In this document: positions 6,961 through 15,171 of the stretch, in pieces
Position numbering within the stretch: the stretch's first letter is position 1
How the letters are laid out: each line of letters starts with the position of its first letter
IMG/VR virus record: IMGVR_UViG_3300025154_000375
Coordinates: 1-24,453 of that record
Source: a virus
Taxonomy: Duplodnaviria; Caudoviricetes
DNA length: 24,453 bases
Reading direction: 5' to 3' (one strand)
The notes under the pieces: generated by a model
What the model was told of the DNA's origin: nothing
Database searches by the model: none
Seen by the model: only the letters and a program-made list of their open reading frames with translations
Translations under genes and position numbers: made by a program

Positions 6961-8924
6961 CAACACCTCCATTCACGCACGGAATATCCAGCTGTATATG
7001 CATACCGCGACCATGTGTAATACCAGCCGGACAACTGTTGAATGTATGAAAAGACATTCTGATCACAGTGATTTATGAAATATTGATCATCGACAGTCGC
7101 CAGCAGCTCGCAAGGGATGTACCCATCACCGTCCATGCACTCGGTGCACTGGTTATTGTTGGGGCAGACATTGGTGTCCACCCAGGAAATTTTTTCTGCA
7201 CGGAATTGAGAGCACCCCTCTTGGGCGGCAGTCAATGTTGAGAATGCTGGCGCATTCGTTACCGTTTCATATGCTTTTGATATGGAAATTTTGTATTTAC
7301 CGCGAATAGCCTCAAAACTCGTAGCCCCGCTGCCAACATGATCCATACTGCAGGCCCCGGTGATATAGCACTGAGGGGGGCCTCCACTGCCGCTAGAAAT
7401 CAACAACGCCCACACTCCGACCGTCGACCTCACCCCTCCGACTACAACACTGCAGCCATCGGTCACCTCGATCGCGGCATAGCCGCAGGCATACTCGTTG
7501 GCGAAGACCCTGATGCGAGGGACATCAGTGACGGCATCGCGCATGTTGTAGTCGTCAAACGTAAAGCCCTGGCCCCGTACCGACCAGTAATACGGGGGCA
7601 CCCCGCCGGTGACATAGACCATGCCCGACGAAGAATCAGCCAGCACCTCGATGGAATTCTCGAAATCCCATGCGATCGGCTCAGCCTCGGCGCAGCAGTT
7701 CTTCGGCCTGACGGCGACGACGGTCTTCGTCACCCCGCAGTCGCCGTCGTCAGGGGAGACGGCGACGATCCGGAGCTTGTCCTTGTAAATGCGCCGGTAT
7801 TCCTTCTCTATTTCCGGATCGAGCGGCACGCCGCCGGGGTTTTTCGCATAGGTCGTCTGGCATTTCGGCAGGCTGGCGGCCTGGTCGCAGCAGACCTTGC
7901 CGCGGAAGTCCGGGTCATCGAGGCCGCCGGAGGTCTCGCCGCAGTCGACATAGCCGCCGAGAACGGTGCGGTGGCCCATGAATGACCAGCATTTGTCCAG
8001 GCCGAACTGGCACCTGATCCCCGGTGGGCAGGGCACCACGACCTGGTACTCGGTATGCTGGTAGGCCTCCTCGCCCGAGCACTGGCAGCGGTAGACATAG
8101 GAGATGTCCTCGTAGCAGGTCACCTCGTCGTCATTCGGGTCGCCCCCCACCAGGATGCCGTGGCCGCAGAACGGCTGCCGGTAGATCTCCCAGCCGTCGT
8201 CGTTGTCGACATCCGGCGGCTGCAGGTCGATCTCGTCGATCAGGCCATGGAAAAAGCAGATCGCCCGGCACTCGCCCGGCTCGCCTTCCTCGTCGCCGAG
8301 GACGGTGACATCGACCAGGTCGTAGCGGGTCCGGCCGGAGACGGCAATCGAGCCGGTCAGCGGCTGGCCCCAGGAGAGGGCGCGGCCGGACAGGCTGATC
8401 GGCGGCCCGGTCATGTTGCCGGACTTGCCGTAGACCGAGCCCCGCCAGGTGAAGGTGCCGCCCGAGACCACCGGGAAATCGAGATCGACGCTGGCGGCGT
8501 CCTTGACCACGATGGTCAGCTCGAGCGGCTCCTCGACCGTTACCGTCTTGCCGATCCGGCCATTGGTCAGCCGCAGGGTGTAGCGCTCGCCCGGGTGGGA
8601 TACGGCGACCTTGATCTGGGTGGCGTAGTCGCCGTTGATGTTCATGCCGCAGAGGCCGGCGCGGAACTGGGTCCTGACGATCTCGGCGAATTTTTCTTCG
8701 CTGACCGGCGGCTTTGCCTCCCCGGTCTCGGTCGTCTGCTCGGCGGCCGGCTCTTCGGTCTGGTTGCAGGGATCGGTGCCCCAGATCTCATCGACCAGCT
8801 CGGCCACCTCGCCGAGGCTGGCTGTGTCGTCCTCCGGCAGGACCTGCTCGATATGCAGCCAATAGCCCGCGCCCACAATCGAGCCGGGTTTGACGAACGA
8901 GCCGATGACAGAGGCGGTGGTCAT
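6960..8924 (-). CDS. Cysteine-rich tail protein, 654 aa; candidate host-specificity protein
   Basis: ATGA-coupled; about 29 Cys by hand count; N-terminal shared module; low-GC C-terminal domain. Confidence 0.75.
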   Translation of the reverse strand: MTTASVIGSFVKPGSIVGAGYWLHIEQVLPEDDTASLGEVAELVDEIWGTDPCNQTEEPAAEQTTETGEAKPPVSEEKFAEIVRTQFRAGLCGMNINGDYATQIKVAVSHPGERYTLRLTNGRIGKTVTVEEPLELTIVVKDAASVDLDFPVVSGGTFTWRGSVYGKSGNMTGPPISLSGRALSWGQPLTGSIAVSGRTRYDLVDVTVLGDEEGEPGECRAICFFHGLIDEIDLQPPDVDNDDGWEIYRQPFCGHGILVGGDPNDDEVTCYEDISYVYRCQCSGEEAYQHTEYQVVVPCPPGIRCQFGLDKCWSFMGHRTVLGGYVDCGETSGGLDDPDFRGKVCCDQAASLPKCQTTYAKNPGGVPLDPEIEKEYRRIYKDKLRIVAVSPDDGDCGVTKTVVAVRPKNCCAEAEPIAWDFENSIEVLADSSSGMVYVTGGVPPYYWSVRGQGFTFDDYNMRDAVTDVPRIRVFANEYACGYAAIEVTDGCSVVVGGVRSTVGVWALLISSGSGGPPQCYITGACSMDHVGSGATSFEAIRGKYKISISKAYETVTNAPAFSTLTAAQEGCSQFRAEKISWVDTNVCPNNNQCTECMDGDGYIPCELLATVDDQYFINHCDQNVFSYIQQLSGWYYTWSRYAYTAGYSVREWRC

Positions 8925-9784
8925 TTGCCATCCTCCCAGCGACCGAGCAGGACCTCGCCGTTGCAGGTCGAATGGTAGAGGTAGAACAGCTCGCCCGGCG
9001 GCCGCCGCGGGTCGCCCTTCGGCGTGCCGTCCTCGCAGGTCTCGAGCAGGTCGAGGACGCAGCCGGGGATCTTCATGTCGAGGATGTCGCTCTGGGTCTC
9101 GCCGTTTTCATCGAGCCAGGCGACGGTGATCGCCGCCTCGAGGTCCTGCGCCGTATAGAGCGCGGGGCCTGCGGCCTCTCCCTCCTCTTCGGCCGCAGGC
9201 TCCGCAGCGGGCGCGGCCTTGACCACCTCGATCACCAGCTCGTGCCGGAAACCGTAGGCCTTGCCCTCCGCCCGCAGCACGGTGGTGAGCGGCTCCGGCA
9301 AGGTGACCAGGGAGCCGGTTGTGACGATCTCCGACGGTTGCACCTTGATCTCCGTGCCGTCGTCCCGGAAAAACGGCATCTCCGGGGTCAGCTCGCCGAC
9401 GAAGATAGCCTCGTAATCATAGCTGTCGGTATGGTCGAACACGGCATCAAACGACCGGAATTCCTCATACGCGACGCCCGGCGAGATCGTGCCGAGCGAG
9501 GCGGTCAGGTCGTAGGCCAGGCCGAGGTCGGAAGGCCAGACAAAAAACGGCAGGGTGATCCGGACCACGCCGTCGATAATCACCACATAGGGGCAGGAGT
9601 CGTAGACATACTCGAAGGCCGACTCGCCGGCCATGGCGGCGGCGATCATCTGGTGCAGGTCCTTGATATTGGCCTCGTCGGCCGAGGACGGGATCGGCTC
9701 CTGGGTCAGCCTGGCCCAGATGTCGACGGCGGCATCCGAGAGCGGCTGCTTGACGATGGAGGTGATGGCGCTGGCGGTCGGCAT
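8921..9784 (-). CDS. Tail-tip protein, 287 aa (MPTASAITSIVKQP...)
   Basis: ATG at 9784 lies 2 nt after the upstream stop; N-terminus matches the neighbouring gene. Confidence 0.8.
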   Translation of the reverse strand: MPTASAITSIVKQPLSDAAVDIWARLTQEPIPSSADEANIKDLHQMIAAAMAGESAFEYVYDSCPYVVIIDGVVRITLPFFVWPSDLGLAYDLTASLGTISPGVAYEEFRSFDAVFDHTDSYDYEAIFVGELTPEMPFFRDDGTEIKVQPSEIVTTGSLVTLPEPLTTVLRAEGKAYGFRHELVIEVVKAAPAAEPAAEEEGEAAGPALYTAQDLEAAITVAWLDENGETQSDILDMKIPGCVLDLLETCEDGTPKGDPRRPPGELFYLYHSTCNGEVLLGRWEDGK

Positions 9785-9786
9785 GG

Positions 9787-10542
9787 CTACTTGAAATCCT
9801 CGCAGTAGTCGAGGGTAATGGTGCGGTCCTTCGACGGCGCCGGCGGCGGATCGTCTTCTGGGGGAAACTGCAGGATACTGCCGCCGGTGCACTCGATCCG
9901 GAATGCGTAGTCCTCCTCCGCGCCCTCCGGCGGCTTGATCGGCAGGAGCTTGACGCCGCCGGCCCAGTTGGCCCAGAACGCCGACTGGTAAACGTTTTCC
10001 ACCGCATCATCGCGGGCGGGGATCTGCAGACCGTGGGTGATGCGCAAGGTTTTATAGATCACCTCGGCGGTGCCGTAGATCGGCGCCGCGCTGCGCACCG
10101 TCTCGCCGTCGACGCTGAGGGCCGGCCCGGTGATCACCGCCCCCTCCTCCGACCAGACCTCATCCGGCCAGTCGACCGAGACCAGCTCCTGCAGCGGATA
10201 CTCGACCGACTCCTCGGAGGTGAGCGAAAAGGAAACCAGCTCGCGCTGGGTCACATAGGCGCGGATCGGCCGGGACAAGGTGCCGTGAGTGACGCCGAAA
10301 CCGTAGGCCAGATCGGGATCATAGGGATAGACATAGACGGCGGTATGCAGGCCGTCGCCGTCCACCCCGCAGTCGATCTCCGGAGGCTCGAGACCGAACA
10401 GCCGGGCTGCGGCCGCCAGGATGATCTGCAGCCGGCTGACCCGGCCGGTGCCCTTCGGCCAGGGCGCCTGCTCCAGGATCAGGCCCCTGTTCACCGGCCG
10501 CGGCCGGCGGACAAAGGCGGTTATGGCGCTGGCGGTCGGCAT
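9787..10542 (-). CDS. Tail-tip protein, 251 aa (MPTASAITAFVRRP...)
   Basis: TGATG coupling; paralog of the two downstream genes. Confidence 0.8.
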   Translation of the reverse strand: MPTASAITAFVRRPRPVNRGLILEQAPWPKGTGRVSRLQIILAAAARLFGLEPPEIDCGVDGDGLHTAVYVYPYDPDLAYGFGVTHGTLSRPIRAYVTQRELVSFSLTSEESVEYPLQELVSVDWPDEVWSEEGAVITGPALSVDGETVRSAAPIYGTAEVIYKTLRITHGLQIPARDDAVENVYQSAFWANWAGGVKLLPIKPPEGAEEDYAFRIECTGGSILQFPPEDDPPPAPSKDRTITLDYCEDFK

Positions 10543-11564
10543 CAGCTCGAGACCTCGCCGGTGACCACGAGATTGATGTTGCTGTAAGAGAGCGAGGCGG
10601 CCCCGGCCGGGGTCTGGCGTTTCTCCCAGATCGGCGCGGCGGCCGGGTGCAGCAGGCAGGTGAAGGTGTCGCCGCCGGCGATGATCAAGCCGGACCAGCC
10701 GGCCGCGTAGAAGGTCGCCAAAGGCTTGGACAGGTCAGTGTTGGTGAGCACGAAATCGGCGCCTACCGTGCCGCTGCCGCTGTAGCCGAAGGCATCGCAG
10801 ACGGCAGTGAAGTTGGTCGCGTCCCCGAAGGTAAACACGACCTGGACCTCGAGCGTGCCGATATTGTCCAGTAGCGGCGCATAGCCGGTGTGGTTGTAAT
10901 CTGCCCCGCCGGTGTGGCCGACCGCGACCGACGAGGTCTGGACCGTGCCGATCTCCAGGATCGACGACAGCCGGGATACCCGCGCGCCGGCGATCCCGGC
11001 CGAGTAGTTGCGGGTGATGTCGGCGACGGTGGTCACCGTGATCTCCAGGCCTGCCTCGGCCAGGGCGGCGATTTCGATCTCTTCGCTGTTGGTGCCGTCG
11101 CCCAGCTTGCACTTCTCGCCGACCCGGAATATCCGGTCGACGCCGGCGGCCAGCAGCACCGCGTTATCGACCGTCACCTTGATGGTCTTGGTGGAGGCGA
11201 CCACGTCGGTGGTGACCCAGGCCGTGCCGTATTTGGTCTTCGAGTCGGCGCCGGTCTCCCAACCGATGATATCGCCCAGCACATCGGTCTGGGTGCCCAG
11301 GAAAATGGTGCCCCAGTCGTCGCCCTCGCACGGCTTGTCCAGCCATGCCTTGGTGACGACCAGCACGGCGTCGGCATCGTCGGCCGCCTTGGCGTAGACC
11401 TTCTCGTACTCGATGCAGCCGTTCAGCCTGTCGTCGCTCGACTTGTTGCGGAAGACATTCTCCTCCTCGCCGCTGACGATCATGTTGTTGCTCATCCGCC
11501 CGCCATGGGCCGCGGTGGCGGTGACGTTTACCGGGTAATAGGGCTTGAAATCTGCGTCTAGCAT
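10542..11564 (-). CDS. Tail protein, 340 aa, beta-rich
   Basis: Second gene after the tape measure; Thr/Gly/Ala/Val-rich; GAGGT RBS. Confidence 0.75.
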   Translation of the reverse strand: MLDADFKPYYPVNVTATAAHGGRMSNNMIVSGEEENVFRNKSSDDRLNGCIEYEKVYAKAADDADAVLVVTKAWLDKPCEGDDWGTIFLGTQTDVLGDIIGWETGADSKTKYGTAWVTTDVVASTKTIKVTVDNAVLLAAGVDRIFRVGEKCKLGDGTNSEEIEIAALAEAGLEITVTTVADITRNYSAGIAGARVSRLSSILEIGTVQTSSVAVGHTGGADYNHTGYAPLLDNIGTLEVQVVFTFGDATNFTAVCDAFGYSGSGTVGADFVLTNTDLSKPLATFYAAGWSGLIIAGGDTFTCLLHPAAAPIWEKRQTPAGAASLSYSNINLVVTGEVSS

Positions 11565-11567
11565 GGG

Positions 11568-11945
11568 TCATACCTCGATTAGGGTGATGGTGCCGGAATA
11601 CTCGTCCGTGCTCGCCGGATCCGCGACACCCTTGATATCTTCGACATCGACGGCGGTGACAATGACCTGGAAGGTCCCCAGGTGGTGGACCAGCGTCACC
11701 TCGGTGGAGGCATCGCGCAGCGCACAGATCTGGTCGATCTGGCTGCCGGTGAAATGGCCATAGACGGCGTTTCCGTCCCGGAAGGCCTCCAGTGTCAACG
11801 GTCTGCCCGCCTCCATTCGCAGCGTCTGGATAACCACCCGGCCGCCCATGGTTCGCCGGACAGACATCAGGGCCAGAGACTGGTTCTTGATGCCGCTCAG
11901 CCGGAGATCGTCCGACAGCGTAATGCCGCCGATGGATACGGTCAT
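11568..11945 (-). CDS. Distal-tail-like minor tail protein, 125 aa
   Basis: ATGA-coupled directly after the tape measure; VRRTMGG and YSGTITLIEV patterns resemble lambda gpM-like proteins. Confidence 0.7.
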   Translation of the reverse strand: MTVSIGGITLSDDLRLSGIKNQSLALMSVRRTMGGRVVIQTLRMEAGRPLTLEAFRDGNAVYGHFTGSQIDQICALRDASTEVTLVHHLGTFQVIVTAVDVEDIKGVADPASTDEYSGTITLIEV

Positions 11946-14560
11946 CGTGACGCCCTCCGGCTTCGCCGTTGTATTTCAGTCATGACCATGTCGGCCATCT
12001 TTCCGGCATCGACCGCCGAGCCGGCACCGCTGTAATTTAAGGTGATATTGATGGTTTCCCGGTCGCCGCCGGCGGCCGCAGCAGGCGCCGCCACCATCCC
12101 GCCGGCCTGCATGAAAGGCGAGGAGACGGCGGGCATGGCCGGCAGGGCGTTGATGATCCCGCCCATCTGCCGACCGATCAGGTCAAAGGCGTTGAAGCCG
12201 ACCTTCTTCAGCAGCTCGGCGATGACGATGTCGTAGCGGCCGGCATGGAAGGCCCGCACCGTCCGCAGCCCGGCGTCCCGCACCCGATACTTATCAAGGG
12301 CATATTCGCCGTCTTCCATGACCACGTGCCGCCGGTCGCCGCCGCCGAAGCCGGGGAAAAAGCCGCCGCGCAGCATGTTGCGCAGGACCTGGCCGCCGGT
12401 GGCCAGCTTCTGGATCGCGCCGCCGGCCGCCTTCTTGACCACCTCCTCGACATAGACCTTGATGTGGCGGTCCTTGGTCAGTTCCTTCAGCTCCTTCTCG
12501 AGCTGGGCAATGGCCTCCTTGCCGCCGAGGGTGGCGCGGTCCCAGGCGTTGCTCCAGGCCTTGTTGAATTCCGAGGCGGACTCCGCCAGGTCTTTTGCCT
12601 GGACGCTGATCTCGCCGAACTGCTTGGCGATGTCCGGCAGCTCCTTGGAGAGCTGGCCGCCGCTCTGCTTGTCGAGCTCCTGGGCGGTCTGGGCGATCGA
12701 TTTCTGCAGCTCCTGCTGCACCGTCACTGCCCCCTTGCCGTATTCCTCGACCATGGACAGGGCGGTCTTCAGGTTCTCCTGCTGGGTGGCGATAACCTGT
12801 TCGCCGTTTTTGGTCTCGCGGTTCAGCTCGGCGGCCGCTTCCCTGGCCTTGTCGAAGAGCCCGACCGCCTCTTCCGCCTTGGTCTTGCCGACATCGGCAT
12901 TGCCGGCGGCAAAGGCCTTGCGCGATTCCTCGGCGGCCTTCTTGGCGGCCGCGGCGTATTCCTCGGCCTGGGCCTTGCGGTCCTTCCAGGCCCCGATATC
13001 CGTCATGCCGCTCCGGGACATCTCCCGCAGCTGATCGGCCAGCGACCGTTCGCGGCCGGCGATATCGTCCTGCAGGCGCTTGACCTCGTCGGCATAGGCC
13101 TGGTACTTCTTCTTCATCTCGTCGAGCGCGGCGGCGGTAGCCTGCTTCTGTTCCGCCGCCGAGTTCTTGACGGCGGCGGCCATCTTGCCGGCCCCTTTCA
13201 CCCACTCGCCGGTAACGCTGTCGAACTTGATCAGGCCGTCCTTTTCGGCCTTTTCCAGGTCCTTGAACGATTTGATCGTCACCCCGGTCGCCTCGGAGAT
13301 GGCCTGGAACCTGGCCGGGATCTCCGCCAGGGCCTGCTTGTTCGCCCCGACCACCGAGCGCAGATACTCCCACTCGGCGATTTTCGCGCCGAGGGCGTAT
13401 CCGCCGGCCAGAGCCAGGGTAGCCCCGGCCGCGGCCCCGAGCGCGCCGGTAACCGAAAGGGCGGCCAGGTTGATCGATTTGAGCAGGGCGATGGTCGAAC
13501 CGGCCCAGCCGGCGATGCTCAGGCCCATCATCACCTTGAAGGCGGCGTTAATACCGAGGATCGTCCGCGCCAGGGTATCAAGGGTCTTGCCGACCACAAC
13601 AGTCCCCATGACGGCGGCGATAAAACCTTTGTGCTCCCAGACCGTGCGGATGATCGCGTCGGCCACCTCGAAGAAGCGCTTGGCCCAGACCCCGATCGCC
13701 TTCTGCACCGCCGGATCCTTCAGGGTGGCGGTGAGGGTGGTCAGATAGCTGGTGGAGTTTTCCAGGAATCCGGAATTAGCCAGGGTGACCTTCAGGTCCA
13801 TCCAGGCCGTCCGCCACTTCGCCAGGGTGCCGACCGCCTCCCTGGAGGCCTTCTCGGCGGCCGGGCCGTACTTCTCGGTGAGGATGTCGGCAAACTTGGA
13901 CAGCAGATCGATGCTCACCTCGCCGCTGACCAGCATTTTGTCGAGTTCGGCGGTGGTCACTCCGGCCGCCTCGGCCATCAGCTGGAAGGCGCCGAACAGC
14001 CGGTCGCCCAACTGGGCCCGGAGTTCCTCGGCCTGGATCTTGTCCTTGCTGATCATCTGGCCGATCGCTCGCAGCGAGCCACTGGTATCGTCCACCGACA
14101 TGCCCAGGGCCGAGGCCGCCGAGGCCACGCCGATGAAGATCTTGCGCACCCCCTCGCCGGCCAGCTCGGTCGGGGCGGCGGCGGCGGAGATGCCCTTGTA
14201 GGCATCGGCCGTCTCCCAGAAGCTCAGGCCGAGCCGATCCGCTTCCGCCCGGATGAAGGCCAACTCATCCTTGGCGGCAGCGCTCGAGCCGAGGATGGCG
14301 GTAAAGGCCCGGTCAAGGTTCTGGGCCTGGACCCCGGCCTGGAACAGCGACTGCACCACCACCCCGGCGCCGACCCCGGCGAAGGCCGCCTTCAGGCTAT
14401 TCGACAGCCCGGCGGCGACATCACGGGTCTTGCCCAGGGCCTGATTGTAGGCCTCGAGGGCCACCCGGCCGGTCTTGAGCTTCTGGGCGACGAGGTCGAA
14501 AACATTCTTGACCCCCTTGTCAACCGCCCTGATCTGGATGTCTACCCGGTTATTTGCCAT
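11942..14560 (-). CDS. Tail tape measure protein, 872 aa
   Basis: AIGQMISKDKIQAEELRAQLGDRL tape-measure motif; Ala-rich helical body; follows the chaperone. Confidence 0.95.
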   Translation of the reverse strand: MANNRVDIQIRAVDKGVKNVFDLVAQKLKTGRVALEAYNQALGKTRDVAAGLSNSLKAAFAGVGAGVVVQSLFQAGVQAQNLDRAFTAILGSSAAAKDELAFIRAEADRLGLSFWETADAYKGISAAAAPTELAGEGVRKIFIGVASAASALGMSVDDTSGSLRAIGQMISKDKIQAEELRAQLGDRLFGAFQLMAEAAGVTTAELDKMLVSGEVSIDLLSKFADILTEKYGPAAEKASREAVGTLAKWRTAWMDLKVTLANSGFLENSTSYLTTLTATLKDPAVQKAIGVWAKRFFEVADAIIRTVWEHKGFIAAVMGTVVVGKTLDTLARTILGINAAFKVMMGLSIAGWAGSTIALLKSINLAALSVTGALGAAAGATLALAGGYALGAKIAEWEYLRSVVGANKQALAEIPARFQAISEATGVTIKSFKDLEKAEKDGLIKFDSVTGEWVKGAGKMAAAVKNSAAEQKQATAAALDEMKKKYQAYADEVKRLQDDIAGRERSLADQLREMSRSGMTDIGAWKDRKAQAEEYAAAAKKAAEESRKAFAAGNADVGKTKAEEAVGLFDKAREAAAELNRETKNGEQVIATQQENLKTALSMVEEYGKGAVTVQQELQKSIAQTAQELDKQSGGQLSKELPDIAKQFGEISVQAKDLAESASEFNKAWSNAWDRATLGGKEAIAQLEKELKELTKDRHIKVYVEEVVKKAAGGAIQKLATGGQVLRNMLRGGFFPGFGGGDRRHVVMEDGEYALDKYRVRDAGLRTVRAFHAGRYDIVIAELLKKVGFNAFDLIGRQMGGIINALPAMPAVSSPFMQAGGMVAAPAAAAGGDRETINITLNYSGAGSAVDAGKMADMVMTEIQRRSRRASR

Positions 14561-15112
14561 AATCCCTGTTCATCTCTTTCCAGGTTTTCTCGTCGGCCCA
14601 GGCCCCGGCCCGGACCGCGATCGCCATCTCTATGCGTTCGTCCCGCTGTTCTCGCTCGTCGTTGGCAACGGCGGCGACAAACCAGGAGAATCCGTAGTCG
14701 AGACACTCTCCATGGCCTCGGCAAAGAAGCCGGCAAACAAGCCGCCAAAGCCCTGCAGCACTGTACCGAGCAGAACCGCTACCTTTTCTTCCAGACCGAA
14801 GCGGACCGCCGTCCGGAAAAAAAAACTGTTCACCTCATAGAAGGCCTGCCAGAGCTGCTCCAGCTCCGAGGAGTGGAGGTCCTGCAGGTTGTCGATGGTC
14901 AGGCCGCAGCTCTCCTGCAGCAGGATCTCCAGCTGCGCCATGAACCCATCCTCGGCGCTCGGCACCGCCGCTTCGCCGTCCAGCCCCGGCGCGGGCCCGG
15001 CCGCCTGCGGCTTCTGCTCGAACATCGGCAGCAGCTGTAGGACCCGCCTGACCCTGACCTCGGTGACCGTGACATCCCTGCCGCCGACCGTGATTTTCTT
15101 GCTGTTCAACAT
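14550..15112 (-). CDS. Frameshifted tail chaperone (gpGT-like), about 187 aa via -1 slip
   Basis: The -1 frame after the T run stays open for 88 codons (PDGG...VCRLLCRGHGECLDYGFSWF...AVRAGAWADEKTWKEMNRDYGK*) and ends inside the tape measure start. Confidence 0.82.
14630..15112 (-). CDS. Tail assembly chaperone (gpG-like), 160 aa
   Basis: Between tail tube and tape measure; ...FYEVNSFFF at a slippery T run. Confidence 0.88.
   Translation of the reverse strand: MLNSKKITVGGRDVTVTEVRVRRVLQLLPMFEQKPQAAGPAPGLDGEAAVPSAEDGFMAQLEILLQESCGLTIDNLQDLHSSELEQLWQAFYEVNSFFFRTAVRFGLEEKVAVLLGTVLQGFGGLFAGFFAEAMESVSTTDSPGLSPPLPTTSENSGTNA
14816..14825 (-). promoter_or_regulatory. Programmed -1 frameshift slippery site (T9C)
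   Basis: AGT TTT TTT TTC contains X XXY YYZ heptamers in the correct frame. Confidence 0.82.
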
Positions 15113-15131
15113 GGTCTTCTCCAGTTGGGGT

Positions 15132-15166
15132 GACCGCCCCGGGCAGAATCAAGGCCCGGAGCGGTC
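15132..15166 (-). other. Intergenic stem-loop after the major tail gene
   Basis: 13-bp stem with one G-U pair on the minus transcript, 9-nt loop, no U tract. Confidence 0.65.
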
Positions 15167-15171
15167 GGGGG

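Noticed and set aside
5890-7450. Diversity-generating retroelement or invertible tail cassette
   Set aside because: No reverse transcriptase, recombinase, adenine-variant template repeat or flanking inverted repeats were seen in the window; a distant template cannot be excluded.
14542-14748. Listed 68-aa ORF as the frameshift extension
   Set aside because: It is the other alternative frame; the -1 frame ending at 14550 gives the protein-like sequence.
12245-15040. 931-aa plus-strand ORF and other long plus-strand ORFs (1047..2066, 4413..5984, 15130..16287, 17556..18602, 20655..22460)
   Set aside because: Antisense shadows of GC-rich minus-strand genes, with no recognisable motifs.
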